A stretch of 64,000 nt of DNA from an uncultured Chloroflexia bacterium (GCA_963764975.1 CAVXUF010000002.1:7778-71777); one strand, 5' to 3'. Counted from the stretch's first letter, positions 49,590-61,681 are shown. Notes: a model not told the origin generated them from the letters alone. Numbers and translations: made by a program.

Positions 49590-51147
49590 GCAGCGGGTCG
49601 ACGCGTCTTTGCGCAAAGACGTCCCGTTCGATCGGGTCCTCATCGCGAACCGCGGCGAGATCGCGGTCCGGATCATCCGGGCCTGTCACGACGCCGGGCT
49701 GTCCGCCGTCGCGGTGTACAGCGACGCGGACGCAGAGGCGATGCACGTTCGACTCGCGGACGACGCGGTCCGGATCGGTGCCGCCCCACCCGCCGAGAGC
49801 TACCTTCGGATCGACGCGATCCTCGACGCCGCACGATCCTCTGGCGCCGCTGCGATCCACCCCGGGTACGGGTTCCTTGCCGAGCGAGCGGCATTCTCCC
49901 GGGCGGTGACCGACGCCGGTCTGGTGTTCATCGGTCCGACGGGGGACACCATCGAACGGCTTGGCGACAAGCTCGGGGCGCGGCGACTCGCGCGTGACGC
50001 GGGTGTCCCGACGGTGCCGGGGACGCTGGATCCCGCGCCGATCGATCGTCCCGATGCCGTGGCCGGGATCGTGGCCGAGGCCGAGGCGATCGGCTTCCCG
50101 CTGCTGGTCAAGGCGGCGGCCGGCGGTGGGGGACGGGGGATGCGCCGGGTCGAACGCGCCGCGGACCTCCCGGCGGCCCTGGTCACGGCATCGGCCGAGG
50201 CGGCTGCCGCGTTCGGCGATGGATCGGTCTATCTCGAGCGCGAGATCCGCCCGGCGCGCCATATCGAAGTCCAGCTGCTCGGGGATGCTTCGGGCCGGGT
50301 CATCGCCATCGGGGAGCGTGACTGTTCGATCCAGCGCCGCCACCAGAAGCTCGTCGAGGAGGCGCCGGCGCCGGGGCTGACGCGGGATGAGCGCGTGGTC
50401 CTCCACGACATGGCCGTGCGGATCGCGACGGCCGCGAGCCTGACCAATGCCGCCACCGCCGAGTTCCTGCGGGCGCCGGACGGGACGCTGGCGTTCCTGG
50501 AGGTGAACACCCGTCTCCAGGTGGAGCACGGCGTCACGGAGCTCGTGGCAGGGTTCGACATCGTCCGGGAACAATTCCGGCTCGCGGCGGGCCAGCCCCT
50601 ATCCGAGGCTGCGCTCGCCGCCGGTGACGCCGCGGCGGACCCGGTCCGCCACGCCATCGAGGTCCGACTCACCGCCGAGGATCCGGCGACGGACTTCAGC
50701 CCGACGCCCGGCCGGGTCCCCGTGTGGGTGATGCCGGCCGGCGACGGCATCCGGGTGGATGCCGGTCTGGAGGCCGGGGATCGCGTCCCGCCCGAGTACG
50801 ACAACCTCATGGCCAAGATCCTCGCTGTCGGCGCTGATCGGGAGGAGGCGATCGAGCGGCTGGCGGCGGCGCTCGATGCGACGACCGTCGGTGGGCTCCA
50901 GACGACCCTGCCGTTCCACCGGTTCGTGACCCGCCACCCCGGGTTTCGTGAAGGCAGCCTGTCCACGGAGTGGGTCGCCGAGGCGTGGGATGGACCCACG
51001 GAGCGAGCCAACGCCCTCGAGGAGGCCGCGGCGCTCGCGGTCATCGCCTTCGGCCGGGCCGGAACGGATCCCGCGCCCGCGCCCGTCCGTCGTTCCGGCT
51101 GGGCCGCCATGGCTCGGGACGAGGGGATCGACCGGTGGCCGCGATGA
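49570..51147 (+). CDS. accC: Biotin carboxylase subunit
   Basis: [54 protein letters not shown]; start could be TTG 49609. Confidence 0.95.
   Translation: MATSRSEQRVDASLRKDVPFDRVLIANRGEIAVRIIRACHDAGLSAVAVYSDADAEAMHVRLADDAVRIGAAPPAESYLRIDAILDAARSSGAAAIHPGYGFLAERAAFSRAVTDAGLVFIGPTGDTIERLGDKLGARRLARDAGVPTVPGTLDPAPIDRPDAVAGIVAEAEAIGFPLLVKAAAGGGGRGMRRVERAADLPAALVTASAEAAAAFGDGSVYLEREIRPARHIEVQLLGDASGRVIAIGERDCSIQRRHQKLVEEAPAPGLTRDERVVLHDMAVRIATAASLTNAATAEFLRAPDGTLAFLEVNTRLQVEHGVTELVAGFDIVREQFRLAAGQPLSEAALAAGDAAADPVRHAIEVRLTAEDPATDFSPTPGRVPVWVMPAGDGIRVDAGLEAGDRVPPEYDNLMAKILAVGADREEAIERLAAALDATTVGGLQTTLPFHRFVTRHPGFREGSLSTEWVAEAWDGPTERANALEEAAALAVIAFGRAGTDPAPAPVRRSGWAAMARDEGIDRWPR
49605..49620. promoter_or_regulatory. 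parS-like 16-bp palindrome, copy 3 (perfect)
   Basis: GTCTTTGCGCAAAGAC; perfect 18-mer at 49604-49621. Confidence 0.65.
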
Positions 51148-51617
51148 GGCGTGTCCGTGTGACCCATGCCCTGACCGGCGAGGTCGCGGCCGACGTGGAC
51201 GTCGGAACGGGTGGCCGAGACCACACCAGCCCGGACCACACCAGACCGGACCGCTCCGGTACGCCGCTCGTCCGGCCCCTTCCGTCGGGTGCCGTCGAGG
51301 TGGTCGTGGGGGGCTGGCGGTTCGAATTCCTCGTGGAGGACGCGGCCCGCGCCGACCTTCGTGCCCGCGCCACCCGGCTCCGCGACGCCACCGGGCGTCA
51401 CGGCCCGACCGAGGTTCGTGCCATCATCCCCGGACGGGTCGCATCGATGGGCGTCACCCAGGGCGACCAGGTCGAGATGGGTCAGCGGCTCCTGTCCGTG
51501 GAGGCCATGAAGATGGAGAACGAGGTCCGCTCGCCGCGCGCGGGGACCGTCGAGCGGGTGGCGGTGGCCGTCGGGGGGACCGTCGAGCTCGGGGACGTGC
51601 TCGTGGTCATCGGATGA
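51144..51617 (+). CDS. Biotin carboxyl carrier protein
   Basis: EAMKMENE biotinylation motif. Confidence 0.92.
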   Translation: MRRVRVTHALTGEVAADVDVGTGGRDHTSPDHTRPDRSGTPLVRPLPSGAVEVVVGGWRFEFLVEDAARADLRARATRLRDATGRHGPTEVRAIIPGRVASMGVTQGDQVEMGQRLLSVEAMKMENEVRSPRAGTVERVAVAVGGTVELGDVLVVIG

Positions 51618-53299
51618 ACCGCCCGGACCGTCCGAACGGCGAGGGCGCCGATCCGGGACGCGATCGGTGGCGCGAGACCCTCCGGGCCAAGGCCCGCGCG
51701 GCTGCCCCGGAGCGTCGCGAGCCCTTCGTGACCTCCTCGGGGATCGAGGTCCGCGACCTCTATACGGCCGCCGACACCCTGGCGCTTGACGAGGACCGCG
51801 ACCTCGGTCGGCCGGGGGAGTACCCGTTCACGCGCGGCGTGCAGCCGACGATGTACCGCGGCCGTTTCTGGACGATGCGCCAGTACGCCGGGTTCGCCAC
51901 CGCCGAAGAGACCAATCGTCGGTTCCGCTACCTCCTCGCCCAGGGCCAGACCGGTCTCTCGGTCGCCTTCGACCTGCCGACCCAGATGGGCTACGACTCC
52001 GACGCGCCCGAGGCGGAGGGGGAAGTGGGTCGGGTCGGGGTCCCGATCGCCAGCCTCGCCGACATGTCCATCCTCGTGGACGGCCTGCCGCTCGGCGAGG
52101 TCAGCACGTCCATGACGATCAATGCGACGGCCCCGATCCTGCTCGCCCTCTACGTGGCCGCGGCCGAGGCCCAGGGGGTCCCTCGCGCCGCGATCGGCGG
52201 CACGACGCAGAACGACATCCTCAAGGAGTACATCGCCAGGGGCACCTACATCTTCCCGCCACGCCCCTCGATGCGACTCGTGACCGACGTGTTCGAGTTC
52301 TGTGCCGCCGAGCTCCCGAAGTGGAACACGATCTCGATCTCCGGCTACCACATGCGCGAAGCGGGGGCCACCGCCGCGCAGGAGCTGGCATTCACGCTCG
52401 CGGACGGCATCGCGTACGTGGAGGCGGCCGTCGCGCGCGGGCTGGACGTGGACGACTTCGCCGGCCGGCTCTCGTTCTTTTTCGCGGCCTGGTCCGAGCT
52501 GTTCGAGGAGGTCGCCAAGTTCCGCGCCGCGCGGCGGATGTGGGCCACGATCATGCGGGAGCGCTTCGGCGCGACGAGCGCGCGCTCGATGATGTGCCGG
52601 TTCCACGTCCAGACCGCGGGATCCAGCCTGACCGCCCAGTCGATCGACAACAACGTCGTCCGGACGACCATCCAGGCGCTGTCCGCGGTCCTCGGCGGCG
52701 CGCAGAGCCTCCACACGAACTCCCGCGACGAGGCGCTGGCCCTTCCGACCGAGGAGGCGGCCCGCCTGGCTCTGCGAACCCAGCAGATCATCGCTCACGA
52801 GGCCGGCGTCACCGAGACGCCCGACCCGCTGGCGGGCTCCTACTACGTGGAATCGCTCACCAACGACCTCGAGGCCGCCGCCTGGACGTATCTCGATGCG
52901 ATCGAATCGATGGGTGGGACGCTCGCCGCCATCGAGCATGGGTTCCAGCAGCGCGAGATCCAGGAGGCCGCCTACCGCGTCCAGCGGGCCATCGAGGCCG
53001 ACGAGCAGATCGTGGTGGGGGTCAACCGCTTCCGCGACGACGAGGTCACGACGCCGACGACGCAGAAGATCGATCCTGATGGCGAGCGGCGCCAGGTCGA
53101 ACGGCTCCGGCGCGTCCGGGCCGAGCGGTCCGTCGACGACTGGGAGCGGTCCATGACCGAGCTCGCCGACGTCGCCGCCGCGGACGGGAACCTCATGCCT
53201 GCCATCATCACCGCGGTCCGCGCCCATGCCACCGTCGGCGAGATCAGCGATCGCCTTCGGAGCGCGTGGGGCGAGCACCGCGAACTCATCACCGTCTGA
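51614..53299 (+). CDS. Methylmalonyl-CoA mutase family, large (substrate-binding) subunit without a B12-binding domain
   Basis: [49 protein letters not shown]; no DXHXXG domain. Confidence 0.93.
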   Translation: MNRPDRPNGEGADPGRDRWRETLRAKARAAAPERREPFVTSSGIEVRDLYTAADTLALDEDRDLGRPGEYPFTRGVQPTMYRGRFWTMRQYAGFATAEETNRRFRYLLAQGQTGLSVAFDLPTQMGYDSDAPEAEGEVGRVGVPIASLADMSILVDGLPLGEVSTSMTINATAPILLALYVAAAEAQGVPRAAIGGTTQNDILKEYIARGTYIFPPRPSMRLVTDVFEFCAAELPKWNTISISGYHMREAGATAAQELAFTLADGIAYVEAAVARGLDVDDFAGRLSFFFAAWSELFEEVAKFRAARRMWATIMRERFGATSARSMMCRFHVQTAGSSLTAQSIDNNVVRTTIQALSAVLGGAQSLHTNSRDEALALPTEEAARLALRTQQIIAHEAGVTETPDPLAGSYYVESLTNDLEAAAWTYLDAIESMGGTLAAIEHGFQQREIQEAAYRVQRAIEADEQIVVGVNRFRDDEVTTPTTQKIDPDGERRQVERLRRVRAERSVDDWERSMTELADVAAADGNLMPAIITAVRAHATVGEISDRLRSAWGEHRELITV

Positions 53300-53318
53300 C
53301 GGTCACCGGAGGTCAGCC

Positions 53319-53792
53319 ATGCCGCGCGCCTCGCACGTCCCGGACCAGATCCGCGGCCTCGGCAAGGTCCATCACGTGGCCCTGATCGTGGCCTCGATCG
53401 AGGACGCCCTGGGGCTCTGGCGCGATGCCCTGGGCCTGGGGCTCGAGACGATCATGGACATCGAGCACGACCGCGTGCGGATCGCGTTCCTCGGGGTGGG
53501 GGAGTCGAAGATCGAACTCGTCCAGCCGACCGACGAGACGACCGGCGTCGCGCGGTTCCTCGCGAGCAAGGGCGAGGGGTTCCACCACGTCTGCTTCGAG
53601 GTTTCGAACCTCGCCGAAACACTGCTCAGGCTCGAGATCGACGGCCTGGAGCTGATCGACACGGCGCCACGGCGTGGCGCGGAAGGGCCGGTAGCCTTCA
53701 TCCACCCGCGGTCGTGCCACGGGGTGCTCGTGGAACTGATCGAGGCGCCCGGCGGGCCCGCCTGGGCCAGCCTGGGTTTCCCGACGGCCTGA
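53319..53792 (+). CDS. Methylmalonyl-CoA epimerase
   Basis: HHVALIV, KIELVQP, GEGFHHVCFEV, FIHP, GVLVELIE; follows the mutase. Confidence 0.9.
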   Translation: MPRASHVPDQIRGLGKVHHVALIVASIEDALGLWRDALGLGLETIMDIEHDRVRIAFLGVGESKIELVQPTDETTGVARFLASKGEGFHHVCFEVSNLAETLLRLEIDGLELIDTAPRRGAEGPVAFIHPRSCHGVLVELIEAPGGPAWASLGFPTA

Positions 53793-54042
53793 GGAGTCCG
53801 AGCGCGGGTCCAAGCCGACCGGCGACAGCCCACCAGGCTGGGAATCCTGCATGGCGAGGGTCGCCGGTCCCCCGTGGACCCGGCCGACGCATGATCCGAC
53901 GTCTCCCAGGCCGGACGCCCTGTCTCGGCGGGCCGTGCGGCCCCGCAGTGCCGAGTTGAAGCAGGTTCCCCGGTCCACCAGGCCGGTTTCGGAGCCGTGC
54001 CCCGCGACGTCTCAGGTCGGTGTCACCACCGCACGCGTCGTC

Positions 54043-54303
54043 CTAGTCGCGGCGACCGCGCGGGCGGGCCTCTTCCTTGGCGGGCTTGGGTTCGTGCCCG
54101 GGTCGCGGCGGGTTCGGACGGGTCCCCGGCGCCATGTCGGGTCGCTTCTCGATGGGTCCGCGCGACTTGATGGCTTCGAGGTTCGCCGCGAACGCCTTCG
54201 CCGTCGCGGACGGGATGCTGCCGACCCAGGCGGACTGGATCTCGGCGATTCGCGCGCTCTCCGCCGTTCGGCGGTCGCGCTCGGCCTTGGAATGCTTGGC
54301 CAT
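54043..54303 (-). CDS. Small basic hypothetical protein
   Basis: MAKHSKAERDRRTAESARIAEIQSAW...; AAGGGA SD. Confidence 0.6.
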   Translation of the reverse strand: MAKHSKAERDRRTAESARIAEIQSAWVGSIPSATAKAFAANLEAIKSRGPIEKRPDMAPGTRPNPPRPGHEPKPAKEEARPRGRRD

Positions 54304-54409
54304 CGTGTCCCTTCTCGGTCGGCAAGCCGGCGCAGGAGGACCGCGCCCTGGGCTCGACGGGCCACAGTCTACGGGACAAGCCCCTCGATGACCCGCTCCG
54401 AGGCGAGCG

Positions 54410-54886
54410 TCAGCGCAACGACCACGTGAACAGGACGTCATCGGCGCGATCGGCACGCCGGCAGAACCCAACGACCTGACCGGCCAGCTCGCGGATCCAC
54501 GGCTTCTCGTCGCGCGACAGCTCGCCGAGCTCGGCCTCCACGAGGTCGATCCACCGCCCCGCGATCGCGTCGATCACCGAATCGGGAAGGCGGGCGACCG
54601 CGGTGACCCAGGTCGGGTCGATCCGCTCGATCGTGCGGTCCGGACCGGCGTCCTCGGGTGCCCCGAGGTCAAGACGGGCGTCGAGCAGGTCCGTCGGGTC
54701 ATCCTGGCCCGTGACCGTCCGGGCCGCCTCGGAGAACAGGTCCAGCCAGGTCGGATCGAGGCCGCCCCCCAGGGAGAGGTGGGCCGTGAACCGGTCGCGG
54801 TCATCGAGCGCGACCATGTCGTCGAGCCCGATCACCAGCAGGATCTCGCTGGCGCTCCCCGCGATCAGGTCCATCCGGGCGCCCAT
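54410..54886 (-). CDS. Hypothetical protein
   Basis: Globular acidic ORF downstream of sucD with high GC3. Confidence 0.65.
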   Translation of the reverse strand: MGARMDLIAGSASEILLVIGLDDMVALDDRDRFTAHLSLGGGLDPTWLDLFSEAARTVTGQDDPTDLLDARLDLGAPEDAGPDRTIERIDPTWVTAVARLPDSVIDAIAGRWIDLVEAELGELSRDEKPWIRELAGQVVGFCRRADRADDVLFTWSLR

Positions 54887-54935
54887 CAGCGCGGACCCGA
54901 TCGTGCCCAGAGGAAGGTTCGCATCGTCGGCCCGC

Positions 54936-55820
54936 TCAGCCGCGATACCCGGCCGCGCGCAGCAGCGCGGGGAGCTCGGTCGGGGAGGCGGCCACGCGGA
55001 ATCCCGCGGCTTCGAGCGCGCTGACCTTGGATGCCGCCGTGCCGGCACCGCCCGAGATGATCGCCCCCGCGTGTCCCATCCGCTTGCCCTCCGGCGCGGT
55101 CCGCCCCGCGATGAACGCCACCTTGGGGACGTCGCGGAGGTGGTCGGCGGCCCAGGCAGCAGCGGTCTCCTCAGCCGCCCCGCCGATCTCGCCGATGAGC
55201 ACGATCGCCTCGGTCTCCGGATCGGCCTCGAACAGCTGGAGGACGTCGAGGAACGTCGTCCCGATGATCGGGTCGCCGCCGATCCCGACGCACGTGGACT
55301 GGCCGAGGCCGGCATCGGTCATCGCCTGGACCGCCTCATAGGTGAGCGTCCCGGAGCGCGACACGACCCCGACGCGGCCCTCCCGATGGACCGATCCGGG
55401 GATGATCCCCACCTTCGCCCGACCCGGAGACGTGGCGCCCGGGCAGTTCGGGCCGATCAGCCGGGCCCCGAGCGAGCGGACCATCTCGACGGCGGGGATC
55501 ATGTCCAGCGCGGGGATCCCCTCGGTGATGCAGAAGATGGTCTCGATCCCGGCGGCGGCCGCCTCCATCACCGCATCCGGGGCTCCGCCCGCGGGCACGA
55601 AGATGCAGGACGTGTTCGCGCCACGTTCGCGGACGGCCTCGGCGACCGTATCGAATACCGGCACGGTCCCGTCGAGCGCACGTTGACCGCCCTTGCCCGG
55701 CGTGACGCCCGCGACGATCGGGGTGCCGTAGGCCTGCATGGCGCGCGAGTGGAACTCGCCCTCACGACCGGTGATCCCCTGGACCACGAGCCGCGTCTCA
55801 CGACCGACGAGGACGCTCAT
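54936..55820 (-). CDS. sucD: Succinyl-CoA synthetase alpha subunit
   Basis: [35 protein letters not shown]. Confidence 0.97.
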   Translation of the reverse strand: MSVLVGRETRLVVQGITGREGEFHSRAMQAYGTPIVAGVTPGKGGQRALDGTVPVFDTVAEAVRERGANTSCIFVPAGGAPDAVMEAAAAGIETIFCITEGIPALDMIPAVEMVRSLGARLIGPNCPGATSPGRAKVGIIPGSVHREGRVGVVSRSGTLTYEAVQAMTDAGLGQSTCVGIGGDPIIGTTFLDVLQLFEADPETEAIVLIGEIGGAAEETAAAWAADHLRDVPKVAFIAGRTAPEGKRMGHAGAIISGGAGTAASKVSALEAAGFRVAASPTELPALLRAAGYRG

Positions 55821-56992
55821 GCGGCCGCTCCCCGGGATGCCGCGACGGCCTTGGCGGCGGCCTCATCGAGCGACGCCGCGGTCACGAACCGGGCCTCGGC
55901 CAAGAGGGTCGCGGCCTCGATCGCGTTCGTCCCCACGATCCGTACGACCATCGGGACATCCCGGGTCTGCTGGGCGCGAGCCTCGATGAGCCCGCGGGCG
56001 ACCTCGTCGCCACGCGTGATGCCGCCGAAGATGTTGACGAGGATCGCGTCGACCTTCGGGTCGTCGAGGATGATCCGCATCGCGGCCGCCACCTTGTCGG
56101 CTCGGGCCCCACCGCCGATGTCGAGGAAGTTCGCGGGTTCGCCCCCGGCGCGCTTGACGAGGTCCATGGTCGTCATCGCGAGCCCCGCGCCGTTGACCAT
56201 GCAGCCGATGGTGCCGTCGAGCTTGATGAACGTGAGTCCGGCCTCTCGCGCCTCGCGGTCCTCGGGTGCTTCATCGTCGGGGTCGCGGAGCTCCTCGAGC
56301 CCGGGGTGGCGCGCCAGGGCGGAGTCGTCGAGGGTCACCTTGGCGTCAAGGCAGACGAGCCGCTCGACGGGCGCGCCGTCGGCCCCGGTCTCGCGGACGA
56401 TCGCGAGCGGATTGATCTCGACGAGGTCCGCGTCGTAGGCACGCATCGTCCGGACGAGGCCCTTGGCGATCGCGACGGCGGCCTTGAGATGTGCGCCAAG
56501 GTCCATCGCGAACGCGAGGTCGCGCGCCTGGAAGTCGAGCAGCCCGAGCCGCGGGTCCGCGTGACGCCGGATGATCGCGCCGGGGTTCGTCTCGGCGACG
56601 GTCTCGATCTCGACCCCGCCCTCCGCCGAGCCCATCAGCAGGATCCGTCGCTCGGCCCGATCGAGGACCGCGGCGAGGTAGAACTCCTTCACGATGTCCG
56701 CCGCGGCGCCGACCAGGACCTTGCGGACCGTCATGCCCTTGATGTCCATGCCGAGGATCGAGCCCGCCACGGTCTCGGCCTCGTCCGCGGAGCCGGCCAG
56801 CTTGACCCCACCGGCCTTCCCCCGGCCGCCCACGAGCACCTGTGCCTTGATCACGACCCGGTCCGCGCCCGCGCCGAGGAACCGTTCGGCGGCGGCCCGC
56901 GCCTCGGCGACCGTGTGCGCGACGGCCCACTCGGGGACGGGGAGACCCTGCGCCAGCAGGAGGGATTTGGCGTCGGCTTCCTGGATCTTCAC
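55817..56992 (-). CDS. sucC: Succinyl-CoA synthetase beta subunit
   Basis: [46 protein letters not shown]. Confidence 0.97.
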   Translation of the reverse strand: MKIQEADAKSLLLAQGLPVPEWAVAHTVAEARAAAERFLGAGADRVVIKAQVLVGGRGKAGGVKLAGSADEAETVAGSILGMDIKGMTVRKVLVGAAADIVKEFYLAAVLDRAERRILLMGSAEGGVEIETVAETNPGAIIRRHADPRLGLLDFQARDLAFAMDLGAHLKAAVAIAKGLVRTMRAYDADLVEINPLAIVRETGADGAPVERLVCLDAKVTLDDSALARHPGLEELRDPDDEAPEDREAREAGLTFIKLDGTIGCMVNGAGLAMTTMDLVKRAGGEPANFLDIGGGARADKVAAAMRIILDDPKVDAILVNIFGGITRGDEVARGLIEARAQQTRDVPMVVRIVGTNAIEAATLLAEARFVTAASLDEAAAKAVAASRGAAA

Positions 56993-57132
56993 GGTCGGGT
57001 GGCGCTCCGTCGGACGGGTGGGGGACGCGAGGTCGGGGGAGCAGGATGGTACCGCGGCGGGCCGGTCGGGGCCCGCCCGTCCGACCGCGACCGTGCGAAT
57101 CTCGAACCCCGCTCGCCCGTTACAATCGGGCC

Positions 57133-58155
57133 ATGGCCCACCGAGTCACCCTGATCCCCGGCGACGGCATCGGACCGGAGCTGGCGGAGGCATCACGACG
57201 CGTCCTCGACGCGTCGGGTATCGAGTTCGAGTGGGACGTCGTCGATGCGGGCGAGGCCGTCATGGTCGAATACGGGACGCCGCTGCCGGACCACGTTCTC
57301 GAATCGATCCGTCGCAACCGGGTCGCCATCAAGGGACCCATCACGACCCCGGTCGGTGAGGGGTTCCGGAGCGTCAACGTCACCCTGCGTCAGGTCCTCG
57401 GGTTGTACGCGAACCTGCGTCCGGCCCGCTCGATCCCCGGCCTCGAGACGCGCTACGACGACGTCGATCTCGTCATCGTCCGCGAGAACACCGAAGACCT
57501 GTACGCGGGCATCGAACACATGGTCGGCCCGGACGCGGCCGAGAGCATCAAGATCATCACCCGGGCCGCGTCCGAACGGATCGCGCGCTACGCGTTCGAG
57601 TACGCGGTGGCCAACGGTCGCCGGAAGGTCACCGCGGTCCACAAGGCCAACATCATGAAACTCTCCGACGGGCTGTTCCTCGAGAGCTGCCGGACGGTGG
57701 CCGCCGACTACGATGGGCGGGTCGAGTTCGAGGACCGCATCGTCGACAACATGTGCATGCAGCTCGTCCAGAAGCCGGACCTGTACGACGTCCTCGTTCT
57801 CCCGAACCTGTACGGCGACATCGTGAGCGACCTGGCGGCCGGACTCGTCGGCGGCCTGGGCGTTGCGCCGGGCGCGAACATCGGCACCGAGGCGGCCGTC
57901 TTCGAACCCGTCCATGGCTCCGCGCCGAAGTACGCCGGCCAGAACAAGGCCAACCCCACCGCGATGATCCTCTCGGGTGTCCTGATGCTTCGGCACCTCG
58001 GTCATCCGGACGCGGCGACACGGGTCGAACGCGCAGTCCACGCGGTCATCGCCGAAGGAACGGCGACCACGTACGACCTCGGCGGTCCCGCCGGCACGAG
58101 CCAGTTCGCCGACGCGATCATCGCGCGACTGTCTGCCGCAGGGGTCGCGGGATGA
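57133..58155 (+). CDS. Isocitrate/isopropylmalate dehydrogenase family, probably NAD-dependent isocitrate dehydrogenase
   Basis: [38 protein letters not shown]; TCA context. Confidence 0.9.
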   Translation: MAHRVTLIPGDGIGPELAEASRRVLDASGIEFEWDVVDAGEAVMVEYGTPLPDHVLESIRRNRVAIKGPITTPVGEGFRSVNVTLRQVLGLYANLRPARSIPGLETRYDDVDLVIVRENTEDLYAGIEHMVGPDAAESIKIITRAASERIARYAFEYAVANGRRKVTAVHKANIMKLSDGLFLESCRTVAADYDGRVEFEDRIVDNMCMQLVQKPDLYDVLVLPNLYGDIVSDLAAGLVGGLGVAPGANIGTEAAVFEPVHGSAPKYAGQNKANPTAMILSGVLMLRHLGHPDAATRVERAVHAVIAEGTATTYDLGGPAGTSQFADAIIARLSAAGVAG

Positions 58156-58967
58156 CGGGATGGCCCGCCAGCATCCGACTCGCCCGACCGCCGCGCAAGC
58201 CGGGCGGCACCGCCCAGAACGGTCTTGGCGCCACGAACCGCACGGACCGCTGGTGGGTGGCACCGGGCATCCAGGCGACGCTGTTCACGATCTGTGCGAC
58301 CTATCTCGGCGTCAGCGGGATCCTGTTCACGCCGCTGTTCGGCACCCCGTACGAGTTCGATGGGTACCTCTCGCCGCTCTTCTCGCCGCTGATCCGGCCC
58401 GAGGGCTTGCCGACCTGGATCAGTCCGGGACTGTTCATCCTGTGGGTCCCGCTCGGGTTCCGGGCCACGTGCTACTACTACCGAAAGGCGTACTACCGCT
58501 TCTACTTCGCGGACCCGCCGGGCTGTGCGGTCGGTGAGCCGACCGTCCACCGCAAGTACGCGATGGAAGCCAGGCTCCCGTTCATCCTCCAGAACCTGCA
58601 TCGCTTCTTCCTGTACCTCGCCTTCATCCCCCTGTTCTTCCTGTGGCTCGATGCGGTCCTCGCGCTGGTGCCCGAAAGCGGTCCGCGGTTGGGGCTCGGC
58701 GGCGCGATCTTCTTCCTCAACGCCTTCCTGCTGACGATGTATTCGCTGTCCTGCCACTCGCTTCGACACCTCGTCGGCGGGCGGCTGGATTGCTTCTCGT
58801 GCTCGCGTCGGACGCAGGTCCGCTACTCGCTGTGGCAGCGTCTGACGACGTTCAACCGGCGACACATGTCGTGGGCGTGGGCAAGCCTCATCTCGGTGAC
58901 CCTCGCGGACGTCTACGTCCGCCTGCTCGTACTTGGGATCATCACCGACCCGGCGATCCGGTTCTAG
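58152..58967 (+). CDS. Succinate dehydrogenase membrane anchor, mycobacterial Sdh1 (Rv0249c-like) type
   Basis: [40 protein letters not shown]; directly upstream of the flavoprotein. Confidence 0.8.
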   Translation: MTGWPASIRLARPPRKPGGTAQNGLGATNRTDRWWVAPGIQATLFTICATYLGVSGILFTPLFGTPYEFDGYLSPLFSPLIRPEGLPTWISPGLFILWVPLGFRATCYYYRKAYYRFYFADPPGCAVGEPTVHRKYAMEARLPFILQNLHRFFLYLAFIPLFFLWLDAVLALVPESGPRLGLGGAIFFLNAFLLTMYSLSCHSLRHLVGGRLDCFSCSRRTQVRYSLWQRLTTFNRRHMSWAWASLISVTLADVYVRLLVLGIITDPAIRF

Positions 58968-58978
58968 GCGCCACGACC

Positions 58979-60803
58979 ATGCCAGACCTCGCCGAGCATC
59001 AGACGCGCCCGCACGACGTCCTGGTCATCGGGGCCGGTGGCGCAGGGCTGCGGGCCGCGATCGCCGCCCGGGACGCGGGCGCCGACGTCGGGCTCGTCTG
59101 CAAGTCGCTCCTCGGAAAGGCCCACACCGTCATGGCGGAGGGTGGCGTCGCCGCCGCGCTGGGTCACGTGGCCGCCGACGATTCGTGGCAGGTCCACTTC
59201 CGCGACACGATGATCGGCGGAAAGTACCTCAACAACCCCCGGATGGCCGAGCTCCACGCCCAGGAGTCGCCGGCTCGGGTCCGCGAGCTCGAGTACTGGG
59301 GCGCGGTCTTCGACCGGACGACGGACGGTCGGATCCTGCAGCGCCCGTTCGGCGGGCACTCGCATCCCAGGCTGGCGCACGTCGGCGACCGGACCGGGCT
59401 CGAGATGATCCGCACGCTCCAGGATCGGGCGGTGGCGGCCGGCATCGACGTCTACATGGAGTGCACGATCAACCGCCTCACGACGGGGTCGCGGGGCGTC
59501 ACCGGGGCCTACGGCTACTGGCGGACGACGGGTCGGCCGATCCTCTTCCCGGCCAAGTCGATCGTGCTCGCGACCGGAGGGCATCGGCAAGGCCTACGAG
59601 GTCACGTCGAACTCGTGGGAGTACAGCGGCGATGGCCAGGCGCTCGCCTACGACGCCGGCGCCGAGCTCATCGACATGGAGTTCGTCCAGTTCCATCCCA
59701 CGGGCATGGTCTGGCCCCCCGGCGTCCGCGGCCTGCTCGTCACGGAGGCCGTCCGAGGCGAGGGCGGGATCCTGCGCAACGTCGATGGCGAGCGCTTCAT
59801 GTGGAAGTACCTGCCCGAGGAGCGCCGTCACGAGTACGCGGCGACCGATGAGGAGGCCAGCCGCTGGGTGACCGCCCTGTCCGAGGGCAAGTCCACCGAC
59901 GCCCGGCGTCCGCCGGAGCTATCGACGCGCGACAACGTCGCTCGAGCCATCTACACCGAGGTCAAGGAGGGCCGCGGCTCGCCACACGGGGGCGTCTTCC
60001 TTGACATCAGCTATCTGCCCGCCGCGCATGTGCGCCGAAAGCTGCCCTCGATGTACGAGCAGTTCAAGGAGCTCGCCGACGTCGACATCACCGCGGGCCC
60101 CATGGAAGTCGGCCCGACGACGCACTACGTGATGGGCGGGATCCGCGTCGACGCCGAGACGGGCGCCACGGCCGTGGCGGGGCTGTACGCGGCCGGCGAG
60201 GTGGCCGCCGGGATGCACGGGGCGAATCGCCTCGGCGGCAACTCGCTCTCGGACCTGCTCGTCTTCGGCGCGCGGGCCGGCACCGCGGCGGCGGCGTACG
60301 CGACGGGGCTGAAGGCTGACTTCTACGTCGACCCGTTCCAGGTCGAGGCGGGGGCCGCCGAACTCGCCGCGCCGCTCGAGCGGTCCGACGGGGAGGACCC
60401 GTACGCGATCCAGCGCGAGCTCCAGGCGACGATGCAGCGGCTGGTGGGCATCTTCCGCGTCGAGTCCGACCTTGACGAGGCGCTCGAGGCCCTGGCCGAC
60501 CTGCGCCGCCGCTGGTCGGCGATCCGGGTGACGGGTGGCCGCGCCTACAACCCCGGCTGGAATCTCGTGTTCGAGTTGGGGCATCTTCTGACCGTGTCCG
60601 AGGCCATCGCTCGCTCCGCTCGCCAGCGGACCGAGAGCCGGGGTGCGCACAGTCGCCTCGATCATCCCGCGACCGACGACACCACCTGGAGCGGCGTCAA
60701 CAGCGTGGCCTACCGTGCTCGTGACGGGGCGATGGCCGTGGCCACGACCCCGCTCCCCCCGATGACGGACGAGCTGCGCGCCCTGCTCGACGTCGGGCAC
60801 TGA
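58979..60803 (+). CDS. sdhA: Succinate dehydrogenase/fumarate reductase flavoprotein; one extra base near 59580
   Basis: GAGGAG, KAHTVMAEGG, FVQFHPTG, TEAVRGEGG, HYVMGG, HGANRLGGNSL, ESRGAH; span is 3n+1. Confidence 0.93.
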
Positions 60804-60814
60804 CGGAGGCATCG

Positions 60815-61681
60815 ATGGCCGACGCACGCATGAAGATCTTCCGCGGTAGCGCCGGGGAAGAGGGCCACTACGAGGAATACGTCGTCCCCGTGGAAGAGGG
60901 GATGGTGGTCCTCGATGCCCTCCACTGGATCCAGGGCCACGAAGCCCCGGATCTCGCCGTGCGCTGGAATTGCAAGGCCGCCAAGTGCGGCTCGTGCAGC
61001 GCCGAGGTCGACGGCCATCCGAGCCTGACCTGCAAGACCCGGATGAGCGACTTCGACCTCGACGAGACGATCACGGTGGAGCCGATGCGGGCGTTCCCGC
61101 TGATCCGGGACCTGGTGACCGACGTCTCCTGGAACTACCGGGTGAACGAGACGATCCAGCCGTTCACGCCGCCAGACGACGTTCCCCAGGAGGAGTGGCG
61201 CTGGCAGCAGGTGGATGTCGAGCGGGTCCAGGAGTACCGCAAGTGCATCGAGTGCTTCCTGTGTCAGGACGTCTGTCACGTGTTGCGCAATCACGAGACC
61301 GAGAAGCCGTTCATGGGCCCACGCTTCCTGGTTCGGGCCGCTGGTCTCGAGATGCACCCGATGGACCAGGCGGATCGCCGGCCCTACCTCAAGGACAGCG
61401 GCGGGATCGGCTACTGCAACATCACCAAGTGCTGCACCGAGGTCTGCCCGGAGCACATCAAGATCACCGATAACGCGATCATCCCGCTCAAGGAGCGCGT
61501 CGCCGACGCGTACTACGATCCGGTCCAGTGGTTCCTGCGCAAGATCCGGGGTCAGGAGCAGGAGACCGGCGTCGGCGTGGAGCTGCCGATGCTGCAGGCG
61601 GCCCTGCGGTCCGAGTCTCCGGACGCTTACCCGACGGGGCCGGCTGAGGCCTCGGCCAAGCGCCCGCCGAGGGCGGATTGA
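60815..61681 (+). CDS. sdhB: Succinate dehydrogenase/fumarate reductase iron-sulfur subunit
   Basis: CKAAKCGSC, CIECFLCQDVC, CNITKCCTEVCP. Confidence 0.95.
   Translation: MADARMKIFRGSAGEEGHYEEYVVPVEEGMVVLDALHWIQGHEAPDLAVRWNCKAAKCGSCSAEVDGHPSLTCKTRMSDFDLDETITVEPMRAFPLIRDLVTDVSWNYRVNETIQPFTPPDDVPQEEWRWQQVDVERVQEYRKCIECFLCQDVCHVLRNHETEKPFMGPRFLVRAAGLEMHPMDQADRRPYLKDSGGIGYCNITKCCTEVCPEHIKITDNAIIPLKERVADAYYDPVQWFLRKIRGQEQETGVGVELPMLQAALRSESPDAYPTGPAEASAKRPPRAD

Noticed and set aside
53793-54040. Cobalamin riboswitch, SRP RNA or 6S RNA near the mutase genes
   Set aside because: Diagnostic conserved motifs were not found, and the region is downstream of convergent genes.
54423-54432. CACGTGAACA resembling canonical parS
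   Set aside because: Only a partial half-site, not palindromic, inside a CDS.
61283-61290. TTGCGCAA core as an additional parS-like site
   Set aside because: Flanks do not match; it lies within sdhB coding sequence.
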